Shown: one piece after another, positions 23,692 to 37,804 of the stretch
How the letters are laid out: each line of letters starts with the position of its first letter
How positions within the stretch are numbered: the first letter of the stretch is position 1
Assembly (NCBI RefSeq): GCF_006345805.1
Contig: NW_021836307.1
Span: 1-64,000 of the forward strand
DNA length: 64,000 nt
Source of the DNA: Octopus sinensis
Taxonomy: Eukaryota
Direction of reading: 5' to 3'
The notes under the pieces: model-generated
The model's input: the letters and a program-made list of their open reading frames with translations, nothing else
Database searches by the model: none
Told to the model about the DNA's origin: nothing
Made by a program: the position numbers and the translations under genes

Positions 23692-24908
23692 AAAAGCAAA
23701 TTATCATCATCATCATCATCATTATTATTATTATTATTATTACAAAGAACGCTGAGCAAAATGCTTAGCAGTATTTCGCCTGTCTTTATGTTCTGAGTTC
23801 AAATTCCACTGAGATTGACTTTGCCTTTCATCCTTTCAGGGTCGATCAAATAAGTACCAGTTACACACTAGGGTCAATGTAACCAACTTAATCCCTTCTC
23901 CCAAATTTGAGGCCTTGTGCTTCCAGTAGAAAGGAATATTATTATTGCTATTATTATTATTATTATTATTAATTATTATTATTATTAGGGTGGTGGTCTA
24001 GCAGAATCGTAACCATGCTGGGCAAAATGCTTTGCAGCATTTCATCCAACTTTCATGTTGTGGGTTCAAATTCCACAAGTTGAATTCACCTTTCATCCCT
24101 TTCAAGGTTGATGAAACAAGTATCAGTTGAGTATTGGGGGGCTGATGTAATTGCTGGGCTTGTACCCAAATTTGAAACCATTATTATTGTTATATATTGT
24201 ATTCAAATGTGAGTGGTTCCATGGGGATGAATTGATGCACCAAAAACAACAGCCAAACCTCTTACAAACCAATCACTAACACCTTTAATGCTGAATGCAT
24301 CATCATCATCATTGTTTAATGTCTGGCTTCCATGCTTGCATGGGTGGGACAGTTTCACAAGAACCAGCCAGGCAGAGGCCTGCACCAGACTTCTGTGACT
24401 GTTTTAGCAGGATTTTTACAGCTGTATGTCCTTCCTATCACCAACCACTCAGCAGAGTGAACTATGTTCTGAGTTCAAATTCCGCCGAGGTCGACTTTGC
24501 CTTTCATCCTTTCAGGGTCGATTAAATAAGTACCAGTTACACACTGGGGTTGATATAATCAACTTAATCCATTTGTCTGTCCTTGTTTGTCCCCTCTGTG
24601 TTTAGTCCCTTGTGGGCAATAAAGAAATAAGAGTGGACTTAGAGCATTTCATGTGGCACAAGCACAGTTTGGAGGTTGCTTGGTGTTGTTATGAACATTT
24701 GCAAAGATGCTGGAGGGAATGCTCATCCAAACGGCATCAGGCTCAGTGGCAAAGAGGCAATTACAGTTTATGATTGACTCAGCATATGAGGTTGGGGGGG
24801 GGGGAGCAATGCAATTAAAAGCATCAGTGACGGAATTGAGTTTTGAATCCAGTTATGAGTATATTGATGGAGATAAGGGGACAAATTTAAGTTACAGAAT
24901 AAGAGCAT

Positions 24909-25135
24909 TTAACTCTTTAGCATTTGAACCAACCATATCAAGCCCAAATATTCTACCTGGTTTATGTTCAAATAGTCAAGATCTGGCCTCTTACTCCTAG
25001 CCTAGAAAGTCATTTTAACAATAAACAATAAGACATTGAAATCTCCAAGCTACAAGATAACACGTAATTAATTCCAAACAAGATGAATAATTGATAATTA
25101 CATTTGACAGAGTATTCTAAACGGTAATGGGTTAA
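24909..25135. mobile_element. Second piggyBac-type MITE family (TTAA-CCCTTTAGCATT...AATGCTAAAGGG-TTAA consensus)
   Basis: The same ~220-bp sequence recurs near 7875-8060, 8120-8545, 8560-8850, 38990-39260, 49520-49730 (minus) and 58207-58426. Confidence 0.7.
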
Positions 25136-25199
25136 AGGTGACAGTTCGCACACGTGCGTGCATGTGTGCGAGTGTTACAGGAGAGAAGGAAGTTTCTAT

Positions 25200-25680
25200 C
25201 TAAGAGGTCATTTGGATTTTTTTTTTTGATCCTTTGAATGGAAAGAGGGAAAGATTAGGAAAAAAAGGGAGCAGTTAGAGGGCCAAAGGGGATGAAATGA
25301 AAGTTGCAGAGAATAGTTTATTTGAGAAATAGGGGCTGAACGAATGAAAGAAAGGTTGTAAAAGAGGGTATTCTATCTTCAGGTGTGTGAGTTTGGTGTC
25401 AAAGTGCAGAAGTTCTGTCAATGGATCGGACCCTGTAGAGTACAGATACGACTAGAGATACAGTCACACCAGGGAAGGAATTATTTAACCATACAGGATA
25501 ATGCCATGTCTAAAGGATTTGGCACATTTCTTTAGATTTAGAGAGAGAATCCAAATCTTTACTGTATGGTTATAGAGCTGAAGAAACTGCAAGAAAGAGA
25601 TGGCAGTTCTAGTGTTAGAAGAAGTCAAGGTAGCTGTGCAAGTTAGTAGCTTCATAGCAAATAGAGGGAGACACGAGAGG
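25200..25680 (-). mobile_element. Decayed Penelope-like element, RT C-terminal/linker fragment
   Basis: Minus-strand remnants TNLHSYLDF and RSIDRTSAL..HTPEDRIP resemble PLE K.TD.HSYL.F.S.HP and the downstream linker (recalled similarity). A second copy lies at 28820-29170. Confidence 0.5.
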
Positions 25681-25695
25681 AGTATAAATATCATA

Positions 25696-26105
25696 GGCGC
25701 AGGAGTGGCTATGTGGTAAGTAGCTTGCTTACCAATCACATGGTTCTGGGTTCAGTCTCACTGTGTGGCACCTTGGGCAAGTGTCTTCTGCTATAGCCTC
25801 GGGCTGACCAAAGCCTTGTGAGTGGATTTGGTAGATGGAAACTGAAATAAGCCCATTGTATAAATATATGTATGTATGTATTTATGTATATGTATAATGT
25901 TTGTGTGTCTGTGTTTGTCCCCCCCCCACCATCGCTTGACAACTGATGCTGGTGCGTCTATGTCCTTGTTACTTAGTGGTTCAGCAAAAGAGAACGATGG
26001 AATAAGTACTAGGCTTACAAAGAATAAGCTCTGGGATCGATTTGTTCGAATAAAGGCCGTGCTCCAGCATGGCCGCAGTCAAATGACTGAAACAAGCAAA
26101 AGAGT
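25696..26105 (+). mobile_element. tRNA-derived SINE family B, representative full copy (internal CCTTGGGCAAG motif and TA/TG microsatellite)
   Basis: Head ggcgcaggagtggct.tgtggtaag...ggttcagtc.cactg. Further copies or fragments near 11420 (-), 26870 (-), 30180-30930 (-), 32770, 41055, 47750, 48245 (-), 53490 (-), 56400, 59150, 63120-63560 (-). Confidence 0.8.
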
Positions 26106-26270
26106 AAGGAAATTATTGAGAAAGGTGAAGGAGTGGAAACAATGGAGGTAGCTTCTAAAGATCAGTACAGAACTGTTAATGAAAGACATAAAGCTACATG
26201 GTGTGGTGCCCCAGCATGGCCAGAGCCTTTAGACTGGAACACAGTAAAGGAATAAGAGCCAATTGCATAC

Positions 26271-26332
26271 CAATGCCCGTCGGTTTCGTTTCCAACTTTC
26301 GGCTCTCCGCTTTGAATCTATAGGATTTAGTG
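26271..26332 (-). CDS. STK38: NDR kinase coding exon (62 nt): (T)LNPIDSKRRAESWKRNRRAL
   Basis: Acceptor tttctatttcag, donor TTG|gtatgc, phase 1-0. Basic autoinhibitory insert of NDR kinases. Confidence 0.94.
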
Positions 26333-27272
26333 CTGAAATAGAAACAAAGAAGGGTGTCAGACAAAGAAGATATCATCTCACAATACACACGATAAGTTAT
26401 GATTATTTTAATGCTCAAAGGTGGCACACAGGCAGAATTGTTAGCATGCCAGACAAAATGCATAGCAGTGTTCCGCTCATCATTACGTTCTGAGTTCAAA
26501 TACTCCCAAAGTCGACTTTACTTTTCATCCTTTCAGGGTCGATAAAATAAGTACCAGTTGAGGACTAGGGTCGATGTAATCGGCTGTCCCTCCTCCCCAC
26601 AAATTTCAGGTGTTGTGCCTATAGTAGAAAGGATTATTTTAATGCTCACTTTTCCATGTTTGAATGGGTCAGACACAAAATTCTGTTGAGGCAGATTTTA
26701 TATGACTGGATGCCTTTGTTTTAAGGTAATAATTTCCTCAAGGCAAGACATGTTTTCACAGAAAACTGGAAATGAATGACACGTCTTGTATGACAGCGAC
26801 AATCATTTTACAACTAACATTACACATGATGTTAAGACAAGGCCTCTCTCTCTCTCACTTACACACACACACACACACACACAGTGGGCTTTTTTCAGTT
26901 TCTGTTCATCAAATCCGTTCACAAGGCTTTGGTTGGCCTGGAGCTATAGTAGAAGACACACCTGACCGAGATTCCACACAGTAGAACTGAACCCAAAACC
27001 ATGTGGTTGGGAAGCAAACTTCCTACTACAGAGCCACTTCTGTTTCATGGGTAGTCATGGTCATAAAAGCTCAATTCCACTATACTCACATCACAGAATC
27101 TTCTGGGCCATAGATCTTACACCACTTAAGATTGCGTCGTAATGGTTACATCACAGGAACAATAGCATCACATGCCTTACACCACACAATACTGTGTCAC
27201 AAAAGTTACAACATTACAGAAGGTGAAATAAACACCAGAGATACTTTGCCTCGTGCAGAAATTGCAAGAGCA

Positions 27273-27494
27273 GCAAAGGTGGCGAGCTGGCAGAAATGTT
27301 AGCACACTGGGAAAAATGCTTAGCAGTGTTTCGTCTACCGCTACGTTCTGAGTTCAAATTCCATCGAGGTTGACTTTGCTTTTCATCCTTTTGGGGCCGA
27401 TTAAATAAGTACCAGTTATGCATTGGAGTCGATATAATCAACTTAATCTGTTTGTCTGTCCTCATTTGTCCCCTCTGTGGGCAGTAAAGAAATA
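27273..27494 (+). mobile_element. tRNA-derived SINE family A, representative copy with 16-bp TSD
   Basis: agaaattgcaagagca at 27257-27272 and 27495-27510. Head ggcgagctggcagaa...gttctgagttcaaattcc (B-box-like). Further copies near 8270, 17200, 17690, 20780 (-), 21005, 23750, 23990, 24470, 26420, 29275, 30345 (-), 40790. Confidence 0.85.
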
Positions 27495-27559
27495 AGAAAT
27501 TGCAAGAGCAACTCAGAAGTTTTGCAGGCTCTTCTTAATCCTTTGCAATGCAGAAAATC

Positions 27560-27875
27560 TTTCCATTTCCTCAACAGGTATCTGAGGGTCAGAAGTGCAT
27601 CTTAACCAGTATGCTTCACCTGAGTGGGGTGACAAGGACTGAATTAGTCTTCACCTGTAGAAGGGTTCCACTCACAGTCTCTTATCAACCACACCCACCT
27701 TGAGATGGTTTCAGCTGTCATGCTGAACCCGAAAGAAAGCCTTTGGTGGCTTTCTCTGGGTTCCAGACCAATCTTCTGTAGGAAATTGTGCACCAACCTA
27801 GCTGGGAAGCTGTGGCAGCCAAACTTCTCTAAGGAATGAGACCATATGCCATTGCTTGACAAGGGCCGTGTCAAC
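27560..27875 (-). mobile_element. Probable 3' end of a restriction-like-endonuclease (R2/NeSL/Hero-type) non-LTR retrotransposon
   Basis: SNGIWSHSLEKFGCHSF...AETISRWVWLIR..W resembles the RLE C-terminal GW...P.EVGCRGF...AERASRWLW..R signature, followed by a short UTR. Confidence 0.5.
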
Positions 27876-28244
27876 CAAATCCAGTTATTTGATTTGGCAA
27901 TATCATTATAATTTACAAAACAGAAAGCTACATCACAAAAACTGTGTGTGATAGTAATATCAACATCATAGAAGTTTCTATGTCACAGTAATTACATTGC
28001 AGAAAATAGTAACATAATAATAATGAGCTTATTGTGTACAGTGCTCAGGTGCACCACAACAGAATAGATGTATAAATAGTTCCATCGTAGCGTTGCATTA
28101 CCTAGTTGAAATAACAGCCAAATCTTTCTTCAATTACACTCTATTATTTTAAAAAAGACAGCATAGTCACAGCTAGAACACTTTTGACCATACATACTAA
28201 GAGCACACCAGAAATATATTCTCTTAAATGCCCAGATGGTTCAC

Positions 28245-28520
28245 TAGAGGAGGTAGCTGATAGATTTTGTAACCGAGGAGATGTAACTGGCTTGGGAGCT
28301 GGATGCTCTGAAGTATAACAGCCAGAGTAAGAACAGACTAGGGAAACTTCAGGGAGTTACTGCCACTATTGACAACAAAGGTGTTTTCCCTCAGAGTGAA
28401 GGGCAGATTGTAAGACATTTGTATTAGAACTGCAATGCAGTATGGTAGTGAGAAAAGGGCCTTGAATATAGAGGATTTGAGAAGACTGGGAAGAAATGAA
28501 GCAAGCATGTTCCGTAGGAA
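28245..28520 (+). mobile_element. Old, diverged RTE-family fragment
   Basis: Degenerate DNA similarity to the D.F.YLGD..S.GGG..E...ARVR..W.KFRELLPLL..RVKGRLY region of the 14.8-kb copy. Confidence 0.65.
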
Positions 28521-28599
28521 ACTACAAGGAGGTAGTCATTTCTATATTCCAGTATCAATCTCTTTGCAATGTTGTTAGGTGTGAAGGAAAGAAACTCTA

Positions 28600-28791
<192 letters not shown>

Positions 28792-28819
28792 TTATAACAC
28801 CATATTTTCCAGCAGACAA

Positions 28820-29170
28820 AATGGGTGAAAGATAGATTTCAAAAAGAGGGGTTCTGTCTCCAGGAGTGTGAGTTTGGTGAAAAGGTGCAGAAGTTCTGTC
28901 AATGGACTGGACCCAGAAGAGTGCAGATTTAACTAGAGAAAAAGAGTCACAACATGGAAGGAAATATCTAACCATACAGGAGAACCCCATGTACAGTGTA
29001 AATATGTTATGTAAACATTTCAAGCATCATCCTAGTCTTTGGCCAAAAATGGGAAACCATAATATCATGTGCATACTATTCGAAAAGAAGGAGAAGGTGA
29101 AAAGAAAAGGCAAGTTAGTGTTTCTCAACTCCTCCAGAAAAAAGTCTCTCAAATGGTCGCACATATAACA
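28820..29170 (-). mobile_element. Second decayed Penelope-like fragment of the same family
   Basis: Aligns by eye with 25370-25510 (gtgtgagtttggtg..gtgcagaagttctgtcaatgga); encodes QSIDRTSAPFHQTHTPGDRTPLF. Confidence 0.5.
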
Positions 29171-31344
29171 AGGTTACCTGCCACTCTGTAGCACCAGTAA
29201 AATTGACTTTTTTTTTTCTAACCCTATGGTAGGGCACAGTATCGAAAAAGCTTTGCGGTAGTCATCAGAATTTATGGGTGGCGAGTTAGTAGAATCGTTA
29301 ACACACCAGGCGAAATGCACAGCAGCATTTCATCTGCCTTTACATTCTGAGTTCAAATTCCGCCGAGGTCAACTTTGCCTTTCATCTTTCAGGGTCGATG
29401 TAATCAACTTAATCCCTTTGTCTGTCCTTGTTTGTCCCCTCTATGTTTAGCCCCTTCAGGGCAATAAAGAAATAAGAATTTATAGGTTCAAACAGAACCT
29501 ATTTAACCCTATTTCATGCCATTCCTGTACTCCTTACATTCCTATATTTTACTACAAAGGAACTGACAAGTTATAAGGTCAATGCCATGACCAGCATCGC
29601 TGGCCTTGATCCTTTCATTTCTCCCTCTTATATTGTCATACCAGCTTGTGGTTATGTAAGTGGTGTGCTAACTCCACTTGTCACCTCACTTCATCCTCGG
29701 TCTTAAAGACCGGGTACATATTCCCCATATACTCCACCCCTACTGAATAAAGCACACATCACGCCAAACATTAGTCATGGTTTCTTCCATCTTTGAGAGA
29801 ATATAGAAGTGGGGAAGAAAGAAAAACTATATATATGAGATACTGTATTTTCCAGCAAACAATTTCAGATCAAAATTTACAACCAAAAAAAAAGAAAAGG
29901 TAGGTTGACTTATACACCAAGACAACTTTGGAAAACCAAATATTCCAAGAGAAATTCAGCAGGATTAGGAAAGATGGGGATGAAGATTGAATGGTTATAT
30001 ACTAACTCAACATGTATGCAGGAGAATATGGTCTATCATTCTCCTCTTTGCTCATTCTTTGATGTAATTCATAAGCAAAGAGGCACTGTTGTTCACCCAT
30101 CCTCACACAGCTTCTTCTTTCAGTTACTGGGACTGCAGCCAAACTGGAGCACTGCCTTAAAGGGTTTTAGCCAAACGAATAGTCCCCTGGGACTTATTTT
30201 TGATGCCTGGTTCTTAATCTATTAATCCCTTTCGTCTAACTGCTAATTTATGGGTGATGTAAACAAACTGATATCAATTGTAAAGCAGAGTGGGAGCAAA
30301 CACAAAGACACACACACACATACACAATGGGTTTTCTCACAGTTTCTTATTTTTTTATTGTCCACAAGGGGCTAAACACAGAGGGGACAAACAAGGACAG
30401 ACAAAGGGATTAAGTCGATTACATCGACCCCAGTGAATAACTGGTACTTAATTTATCGACCCCGAAAGGATGAAAGGTATAGTCGACCACGGTGAAATTT
30501 GAACTCTGAACATAAAGACAGACGAAATACCGTTAAGCATTTCGCCCGGTATGCTAACATTTCTGCCAGCTCGCCGCCTCACTGTTTCTCTCAACCAAAT
30601 TCACTCACAAGACACTGGTCAGCCAGGGGCTGTGATAGAAGTCACTTGCCCAAGGTGCCACACAATGACAGGATAATCTTTCAATCCCTTTTGCCAAACT
30701 GCAAAGTTATGGGTGACATAAACAAACCGATATCAGTCGTTAAGCAGTGTGGGAGCAAATGCAAAGACACACACACACGGGTTTCCTCACAGTTTCTCTC
30801 AACCAAATTCACTCACAAGGCACTGGTCAGCCAGGGGCTGAGGTTGAAGTCACTTGACCAAGGTTCCACGCAATGGGATGGAACCTGAAACCTCATGGTT
30901 TCAAAGCAAGCTTCTTAACCACACAGCCATGCTTGCACCTAAAAGAAGAGAGATTCAGTTATTTCTCTGCCTCTCATTTTCCATTATTCTCTCAATATTT
31001 TTCTCTCGCCACACACACACACAACTGCATACATCTCTCTCTTTCTCTCAGCCTGTTGGATAATTATTCTTGCAGCTATTCAACAGAGTTAGATTTCAAT
31101 GCTGGCAGTAAGTTTAAATAAAGTGTTACTGTGGTGGTGAGGAGGAGGGGGGGATGGAGGAGGGAGGGAGAGGGAAAGAAGGAGAGAGAGGGAAAGAAGG
31201 AGAGAGAGAATCGGCTGCAGTAACTGCACTTTCTCACTGACCATAGCTGGGCAACATCATGATATTACCAGCAGCTGCAATAACAATAATGTTGATGAGG
31301 TAACAGCTGACATCATCAAGTAATTCATCCTCTCACACACACAC

Positions 31345-31404
31345 ACATGTATATATATGTACACATCTATATGAGTGTGTATGTGTACAAACATATATAT
31401 GCAC

Positions 31405-31440
<36 letters not shown>

Positions 31441-31620
31441 GTAATTGTATGTATATCATCATCGTCATTAAAGGATGATGATGATATACATACAAGTACA
31501 TATATACACACACACAAGCATATATATGTGTGTGTGTGTGTATATACATGTGTGTGCATATGTATATATATATATGTACGTGCATATCTATGTGTGTATA
31601 TATATATATATATATATGTA

Positions 31621-31651
<31 letters not shown>

Positions 31652-31709
31652 GTATATATGTGTATACATATATGTATATATGTGTATATATATATATATA
31701 TATGTGTAT

Positions 31710-31745
<36 letters not shown>

Positions 31746-31880
31746 GTATATATGTATATATATATATATATATTGTATATATGTGTATATATATATATTA
31801 TATATGTATATATGTGTATATATGTATATATGTGTATATATATATTATATGTATATATGTGTATATATTATATATATATT

Positions 31881-31917
<37 letters not shown>

Positions 31918-31941
31918 ATGTATATATATATATATATATAT

Positions 31942-31973
<32 letters not shown>

Positions 31974-31974
31974 T

Positions 31975-32022
<48 letters not shown>

Positions 32023-32050
32023 TGTGTAAATATATATATGTATATATATA
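31345..32050. repeat. Compound TA/TG microsatellite
   Basis: Visible directly. Confidence 0.95.
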
Positions 32051-32139
32051 TACTTAGACACATGTATCTCCTCAGTAGGAGCAGGTGTGTTAAATTATAC
32101 ATTTCAGAGAAAAGGTCAACTGAAATAAACTGATGTTGG

Positions 32140-32600
32140 TTGGTTGGTAGGAGGAGGAGGAGGAGACATGTGGTGGGAGGCATCTGCACCTTGCAATTGT
32201 CCTATTGATTGAAAGGAAGGAAGAAAGAAGCAGAAACAGAAAAGAAGGAACAAAAGATATAGAACAAGAAAAGGTGAGGGAGGAGGAGGAGGAAGTAGTG
32301 CTAGAGGAGAAGGAGGAGGAGCTGCAGGAGAAAAAGGAGTTTGTGGAGGAAGAGATGTTTATGGAATAGAAAGAAGAGGAAGAGGAAGAAGAAGGGGGTT
32401 TGTGGTGGAGGAATAGGAAGAGGAGGAGTTTGTGGCGGGGAAGAAGAGGAAGAGAGGGGAGTCTGTGGAGGGGAAGAAGAGGAAGAGGTGGAGGAGGAGG
32501 AACAGGAAGAGGGGGAGTTTGTGGAGGAAAAGGAGGAAGAAGAGAAAGAGGAGGAATTTGTGGAGAAGGAGGAGGAGGACCAAACAAATACAGCAGAGAG
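32140..32600. repeat. Purine-rich (GGA/GAA) low-complexity tract with internal gagtttgtggagga-type units
   Basis: Visible directly; overlapping Glu/Arg/Pro-rich ORFs in all frames are compositional. Confidence 0.9.
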
Positions 32601-32744
32601 AATGCAAAGATATTTTAGAATTGAGCAAATTCTACTTTACTCAGCAAATTGGTTTAATATGGCTTTAGTGCAGAGAAATGGACATTTGATGAGTCATGAG
32701 TCATTGCCCAAGGCCATCTTGACTGAAAGAAACCTGCTGTGTGT

Positions 32745-32782
<38 letters not shown>

Positions 32783-34462
32783 TGTGCTTGTCCCCCACCA
32801 TCGCTTGACAACCGATGATGGTGTGTTTATGTCCCTGTAACTTAGCAGTTCTGAGACCAATAATATAAGCACAAGGCTTACAAAGAATAAGTCCTGGGGC
32901 CAATTTGTTCAACTAAATGTGGTGCTCCAGCATGGCCACAGTAAAATGACTGAAAAGAGTATATCAAGTGATGCTGCATGAGAAAAAAGATCTTCAGACG
33001 TTGGGCCTCACAGATGAGACAACAAGAGACAGACTGAGACTTCTGGTAGTTTGCTGTACTTAAGAAGACACACTGGGCTAAGTAAAGCTGTGGTTGTCCA
33101 TACAAACAGATATGTCCTCTATGTCTTTCTCTCTCAGCCAAGAGATCCTTCGTTGAGGGCCCACAGATGTTGGTGTCACGTAAAAAGAACTTGTACCGGT
33201 GCCACATAGAAATACTCATGCCAATGTCATGTAAGAGTGTTGGTACTGGTGCCACGTAAAAGCATCCATGCCAGTGTCATGTACAAGCGCCCACTTCAGT
33301 GACATGTAAAAGCAGCACCCAGTACACAATGTGAGGTGGTTAGCATTAGGGAGGGCATCCAGCTAAAGAAACCGTACCAAAACAGACAACTGGAACTTGG
33401 GGAGCTCCCCAGCGGGTTGGCTCCTATCAAACCATCCAACTGATGCCAGCATGGGAAATGGACATTAAATGATGATGTGTCACAGAGAAGCTAGATCATA
33501 CCTTTTATCATCATCATTTAACCTCCGTTGTCCATGCTGGCATGGGTTGGACAGTTTCAGCAGGGCTGGCAAGATGGAAGGTTGCACTAGACTCCAGTCC
33601 GATTTGCCATGGTTTCTACAGCTGAATACCCTTCCTAAATGCCAACCACTCTGAGAGTGTAATTGGTGCTTTTATGTGCCACCAGCACAGGTGCCATTTG
33701 CGTGGCACAAGTATCTGGAATGACAACTAGGGTTTTACTTGGCTTTGTGGGTCTTCTCGAGCACAGCATAATGCCAATAGTCTCGGTCTTTCGTCATTGC
33801 CTCCTTGTGACCCAACACTCAAAAGGTGCTTTTCGTGTGCCACCGGCATCAGCCACTTTGCCTCCGGGAGTTCCAACACTCGAATGGAATGGGTGCTTTT
33901 TATGTGCAGCCAGCACAAATGCCAGGTACGCAACATCAGCAATGGCCACAACTACGATTTCACTTGGCTTGCCTGTAATAAATTTAATTCTTCGATATGG
34001 GCGGGTGTATTTAACCGCAGATGAGACAGCTAGAATATAATGTACAAATAAATGTGTATATATATGTGTGTGTATGTTTGTGTGTATGTATGTGTGTGTG
34101 TGCATGTTTGTGTGAATGTTTACATGTATATATACTTAGTGTATATAACGATTTAGGAGTGACCCCAACAGGTCACTCGTCCACCAGAAAGAGCAGCCAT
34201 AACTCACACCGCCAAGTAATATTAATTCAGAAATTAGGTGAAAATTATACTTAGTGTATATATACTTAGTGTATATATACATGTTGATAGATATGTATAT
34301 GCATAAATGTGTGTGTGCCCTCAGTCATCCGTCCAACCCATGCCAATATGGAAAGCAGACGTTAAACGATGATGATGATAATGATACACACACTTTTATA
34401 TTTATGTGTTTATATTCATGTATATGAATGTGTATAGGCATGTATTGAATATGCGTATATAG

Positions 34463-34588
<126 letters not shown>

Positions 34589-35255
34589 TCCAAATAAGAA
34601 GACAGCGAAAGAGTTTGGAACCTTTTTTAATGACCAATTCCAATTGTTTTGGTACCACTCCTGTTTTTAATACCACTACACATGAAACCTTCCATATTTG
34701 CAGTTTTAAACATCAAAATGGCATTTCGTCAGACTTGCACCAAATGGTGCACTCATACATTGACCATCTGCCAAGTGGTGTATGTCTCTTATACTAGTAG
34801 CAACCAACGAGTATAGAATAGCCTCAAGCTCAGGTGCAGTACTGCATTGGAAATACTCCAGTTTCTACCCTTTGAAGATCATAATGTGTGTATGTGTGGG
34901 TGTATATATGAACATATGTGTTAATCTGTTTATATAGATGTATGTGAGCATACCTGCATATACATATTTTTCTTTTAATAAACACAATACATGTTTTTAT
35001 GTTTTAATATTAGTTTCATGTGCTGAGAGCATGCCAGACAGTATTTTTTAACACATCTGGTGTCCTAACGCATACACTATGCTTCGAGTGTTACGGGCAT
35101 TGATGACTGTGCTAGGACACGAGACATGTTAAAAAATACTGTCTAGCATGCTCTCAGCACATGAAACTAATAGTAGCACATGTGCTTATTAAATAATATT
35201 TATCTCTCACCAGATGGAGTACTTTTTTCATTGATCTTACCATCATGAAGCAGTA

Positions 35256-35356
<101 letters not shown>

Positions 35357-35369
35357 GTATATATATATT

Positions 35370-37804
35370 AGTGCTTCATCATGGATTAGCAACCATTATA
35401 TCAGCCTATGCCCCTCAGCCAGGGCTACCCGATGGACAGAAAGACCGATTCTATGACACCCTACTGCAGACTACCTCGTCGACGAACAACAGGGACCTTC
35501 TCTTTGTGGCTGGTGACTTCAATGGGCATATTGGACAACATGCTGGTGGCTTCCATATATATATAAGATGGTTCACTTGCGCTAAATGAGGATGCAAAGA
35601 GAGAGGTTTGGAGATGCCACTATGAAAGGTTGCTGAATAAAGAAAATGAATGGGATAAAGAGAGTCTGCCGAATGTTGACTCAACAGAGGGACCAGCTAT
35701 CCGAGTTGATAGTTCCGTGGTAGCTATGGCAATTAGAAGCATGAAGACAGGGAAAGCCCCAGGCCCATCAGGAATCACTGCAGAGATGCTCAAAATGTCT
35801 GGTAGTGTCGGCTATAGCCTAGTCACCCTTATAGTTAACCAGGTGATACACGAAGGAGTCATTCCCAATGACTGGTGTAGCTGCATAATAGTCAACTGCT
35901 ACAAAGGTAAAGGTGACGCCCTAGATATAAATAACTACAGGGGTATCAATCTGTTGGATCAGGTAATGAAGGTTACGGAGAGGGTCATAGCCCAACTAAT
36001 TAGAGAGAGAGTTAGTTTAGATGAGATGCAGTTTGGGTTCGCGCCAGGGAAAAGTACCACTGATGCTATATTCCTGGTAAGGCAGCTGCAGGAGAAATAC
36101 CTAGCCAAAGATAAGCCCCTGTACCTGGTTTTTGTTGACATGGAGAAAGCCTTTGACAGGGTCCCCGATCCCTTATCTGGTGGTCAATGAGGAAACTAGG
36201 GATAGATGAATGGTTAGTGAGAGCTGTGCGAGCCATTTACAGGGACGCTGCTAGTAAGGTGAGGGTTGGCAATGAGTACAGTGAAGAATTCCGGGTAGAG
36301 GTAGGGGTCCACCAAAGTTCAGTCCTCAGCCCTCTCCTATTTATCATAGTCCTCCAGGCAATAACGGAAGAATTCAAGACAGGATGCCCTTGGGAGCTCC
36401 TCTATGCTGATGACCTTGCTCTAATTGCTGAGTCACTATCAGAACTGGAGGAGAAGTTTCAGGTGTGGAAGCAAGGATTAGAATCGAAGGGCCTTAGAGT
36501 CAACCTAGCTAAAACCAAAGTCCTAATAAGTAGGAAGGTTGATAAATCACAAATGCCTTCAGGTAGATGGCCCCGCTTGATCAGTAGAAAAGGCGTAGGT
36601 AGAAACTCTATAAGATGCAACAAGTGTAAGCTATGGACACATAAGAGGTGCAGCAACGTCAAGGGAAGGCTAACTAGGAAAATAGCTTTTGTATGTGGCA
36701 GATGCTCAGGAGCAATAAACACTGAAAATGCGCAGAGACCAACCTCCGCCACATCCCAGGGACTAGAAATAGTTGATAGCTTGTGTTACCTAGGTGACCA
36801 AGTCAGTAGCGGGGACGGGTGTGCTGAAAATGTAACTGCTAGAGTAAGAATAGCTTGGGAAAAGTTCAGAGAGCTCCTACCTTTGCTGGTGACAAAAGGC
36901 CTCTCGCTCAGAGTAAAAGGCAGACTGTATGACGCATGTGTACGAACAGCCATGCTACATGGCAGTGAAACATGGGCCGTGACTGCTGAGGATATGCGTA
37001 AGCTCGCAAGAAATGAAGCCAGTATGCTTCGATGGATGTGTAATGTCAGTGTTCATACTCGACAGAGTGTAAGTACCTTGAGAGAAAAGTTGGACCTAAG
37101 AAGCATCAGATGTGGTGTGCAAGAGAGACGTTTGCGCTGGTATGGTCATATGGCAAGAATGGATGAAGATAGTTGTGTGAAAAAGTGCCACACCCTAGCG
37201 GTTGAGGGATCCTGTGGAAGAGGTAGACCTAGGAAAACCTGGGACGAGGTGGTGAAGCACGACCTTCGAACTTTAGGTCTCACTGAGGAAATGACTAGAG
37301 ACTGAGACCTATGGAAGTATGCTGTGCGTGAGAAGACCCGGCAGGACTAATGAGACCATAACCCGTGGCCTCTACCTGGGATGTAGCCAGTCCACTTATG
37401 CATACCTTTCCTTCTTGGGACACAAAACTCTACTTGTGAAGACCTGTTGAGGCAAGTGAGAATCAGAATCAAAATCGAAATCGATCAACATCAATGGAAG
37501 TTGTAGCTGTGATACCAGTGCCGGGGGCAGGTAAGAGAACCATCCGAAACGTGGCTGCTGCCAGCGCCGCACTGACTGGCCTCCATGCTGGTGGCACGTA
37601 AAAAGCACCATCCGATTGTGGCCGTTGCCAGCCTCGCCTGGCCTCCGTGCCAGTGGCACGTAAAAAGCACCATCTGATTGTGGCCGTTTGCTAGCCTCGT
37701 CTGGCACCTGTGTCGGTGGCACGTAAAAATGAACCACTACACTCACGGAGTGGTTGGTGTTAGGAAGGGCATCCAGCTGTAGAGACATTACCAGATCAGA
37801 CTGG
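35370..37804 (+). mobile_element. RTE-clade LINE copy: APE endonuclease fragment, (TA)5, then RT; frameshifted, with rearranged 3' tail
   Basis: 35370-35556 encodes TIISAYAPQ...FVAGDFNGHIG (APE). RT follows from 35566, with a 1-bp deletion near 36170 and a premature TGA at 37303-37305. Confidence 0.92.

Noticed and set aside
25696-25770. tRNA gene calls at SINE heads
   Set aside because: A/B-box-like motifs are present but no full cloverleaf, and they continue into SINE bodies.
32090-32808. Glu-rich, Arg-rich and Pro-rich ORFs
   Set aside because: Open in several frames on both strands because of the GA-rich low complexity; no splice sites or homology seen.
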